Source of the DNA: Haliotis rufescens
Taxonomy: Eukaryota
Length of the DNA stretch: 64,000 bases
Assembly (NCBI RefSeq): GCF_023055435.1
Contig: NW_025964279.1
Span: 2,666,001-2,730,000 of the forward strand
Direction of reading: 5' to 3'
Both the position numbers and the translations under genes were made by a program. The notes under the pieces are model-generated. The model ran no database searches and was not told the DNA's origin. It saw only the letters and a program-made list of their open reading frames with translations. Below, piece by piece: positions 63,011-64,000 of this stretch (position 1 is its first letter; every line of letters begins with the position of its first letter).

Positions 63011-63224
63011 GTAAGGGTATTTCCGGCTGCATTTGTCAGACTGTTAACAACTTGATGTAAAACATGGCAACACTCACTAAAGATGCACATCTCCACTTAA
63101 TCTGCATATATGCTTGAAATACGCAAAATATATCACCATTCACCAATTAATTTTGTGTTGCTTGCCCTCAAATATGCAGAAAAAAACATGGCAGCTTCGA
63201 GTGACAACACTCATTGTTGTATAC

Positions 63225-64000
63225 TCACCAAACACAATCAAGTTGCACCAAACAAAACCAGGTTGCACCAAACATAACCAGGTTGCATCAAACAAAACCA
63301 GGTTGCACCAAACATAACCAATTTGCACAAAACCAAACCAAGTTGCACCAAATAAAACCAGGTTGCATCAAACAAAACCAAGTTGCACCAAACAAAACAA
63401 GAATGCTCCAAACAAAACCAGGTTGCACCAAACAAAACTAGGTTGCACCAAAGAAAACCAGGTTGCACCAAACAAAACCAAGTTGCCCAAAACAAAACAA
63501 GGTTGCCCCAAACAAAACCAGGTTGCACAAAACGAAACCAAGTTGCACCAAACACAACCAAGTTGCACCAATCAAAACCAGGTTGCCCCAAACAAAACCA
63601 GGTTGCATCAAACAAAACCAGGTTGCATCAAACAAAACTAAGTTGCACCAAACAAAACCAAGTTGCACCAAACAAAACCAGGTTGCCCCAAACAAAACCA
63701 GGTTGCATCAAACAAAACTAGGTTGCACCAAACAAAACCAGGTTGCACCAAACAAAACCAAGTTGCACCAAACAAAACCAGGTTGCCCCAAACAAAACCA
63801 GGTTGCATCAAACAAAACTAGGTTGCACCAAACAAAACCAGGTTGCACCAAACAAAACCAAGTTGCACCAAACAAAACCAGGTTGCACCAAACAAAACCA
63901 GGTTGCATGAAACAAAACCAGGTTGCACCAGATAAAACCAGGTTGCACCAATCAAAACCAGGTTGCCCCCCAAAAAACCAGGTTGCATCAAACAAAACTA
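63225..64000. repeat. 20-bp minisatellite (CCAAACAAAACCAGGTTGCA)n running off the window end
   Basis: Direct inspection. Confidence 0.95.

Noticed and set aside
63114-63995. Many overlapping ORFs on both strands
   Set aside because: Products of a 20-bp satellite.

Overview
AT-rich eukaryotic (invertebrate) DNA; the SINE repertoire suggests a mollusc, but this is inference. Positions 1-45 kb hold a tandem, head-to-tail cluster of five intact three-exon Hairy/Enhancer-of-split (HES; bHLH-Orange-WRPW) paralogs on the + strand (ATGs at 2747, 10468, 18265, 27648, 41421). The supplied ORFs cover essentially only exon 3; exons 1 and 2 were reconstructed from splice sites. All five lack the family-diagnostic basic-region proline and share an invariant CDK/beta-TrCP-like degron block. 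They also share a ~300-bp promoter (TATA exactly 70 bp before the ATG, CCAAT, Hes class-C/N-box, and a Su(H)/CSL site deleted in copy 1). Four of five carry a 3'-UTR K-box (CTGTGATA, miR-2-family site). Several non-coding modules are repeated between the genes, some inverted. The picture is an E(spl)-Complex-like locus outside insects, with signs of gene conversion. Positions ~50-64 kb appear to hold part of an unannotated + strand gene with short phase-0 exons, including a duplicated 54-nt exon embedded in satellites. The rest is SINEs (at least 4-5 families), MITEs, Penelope-like remnants with hammerhead-like motifs, and minisatellites.
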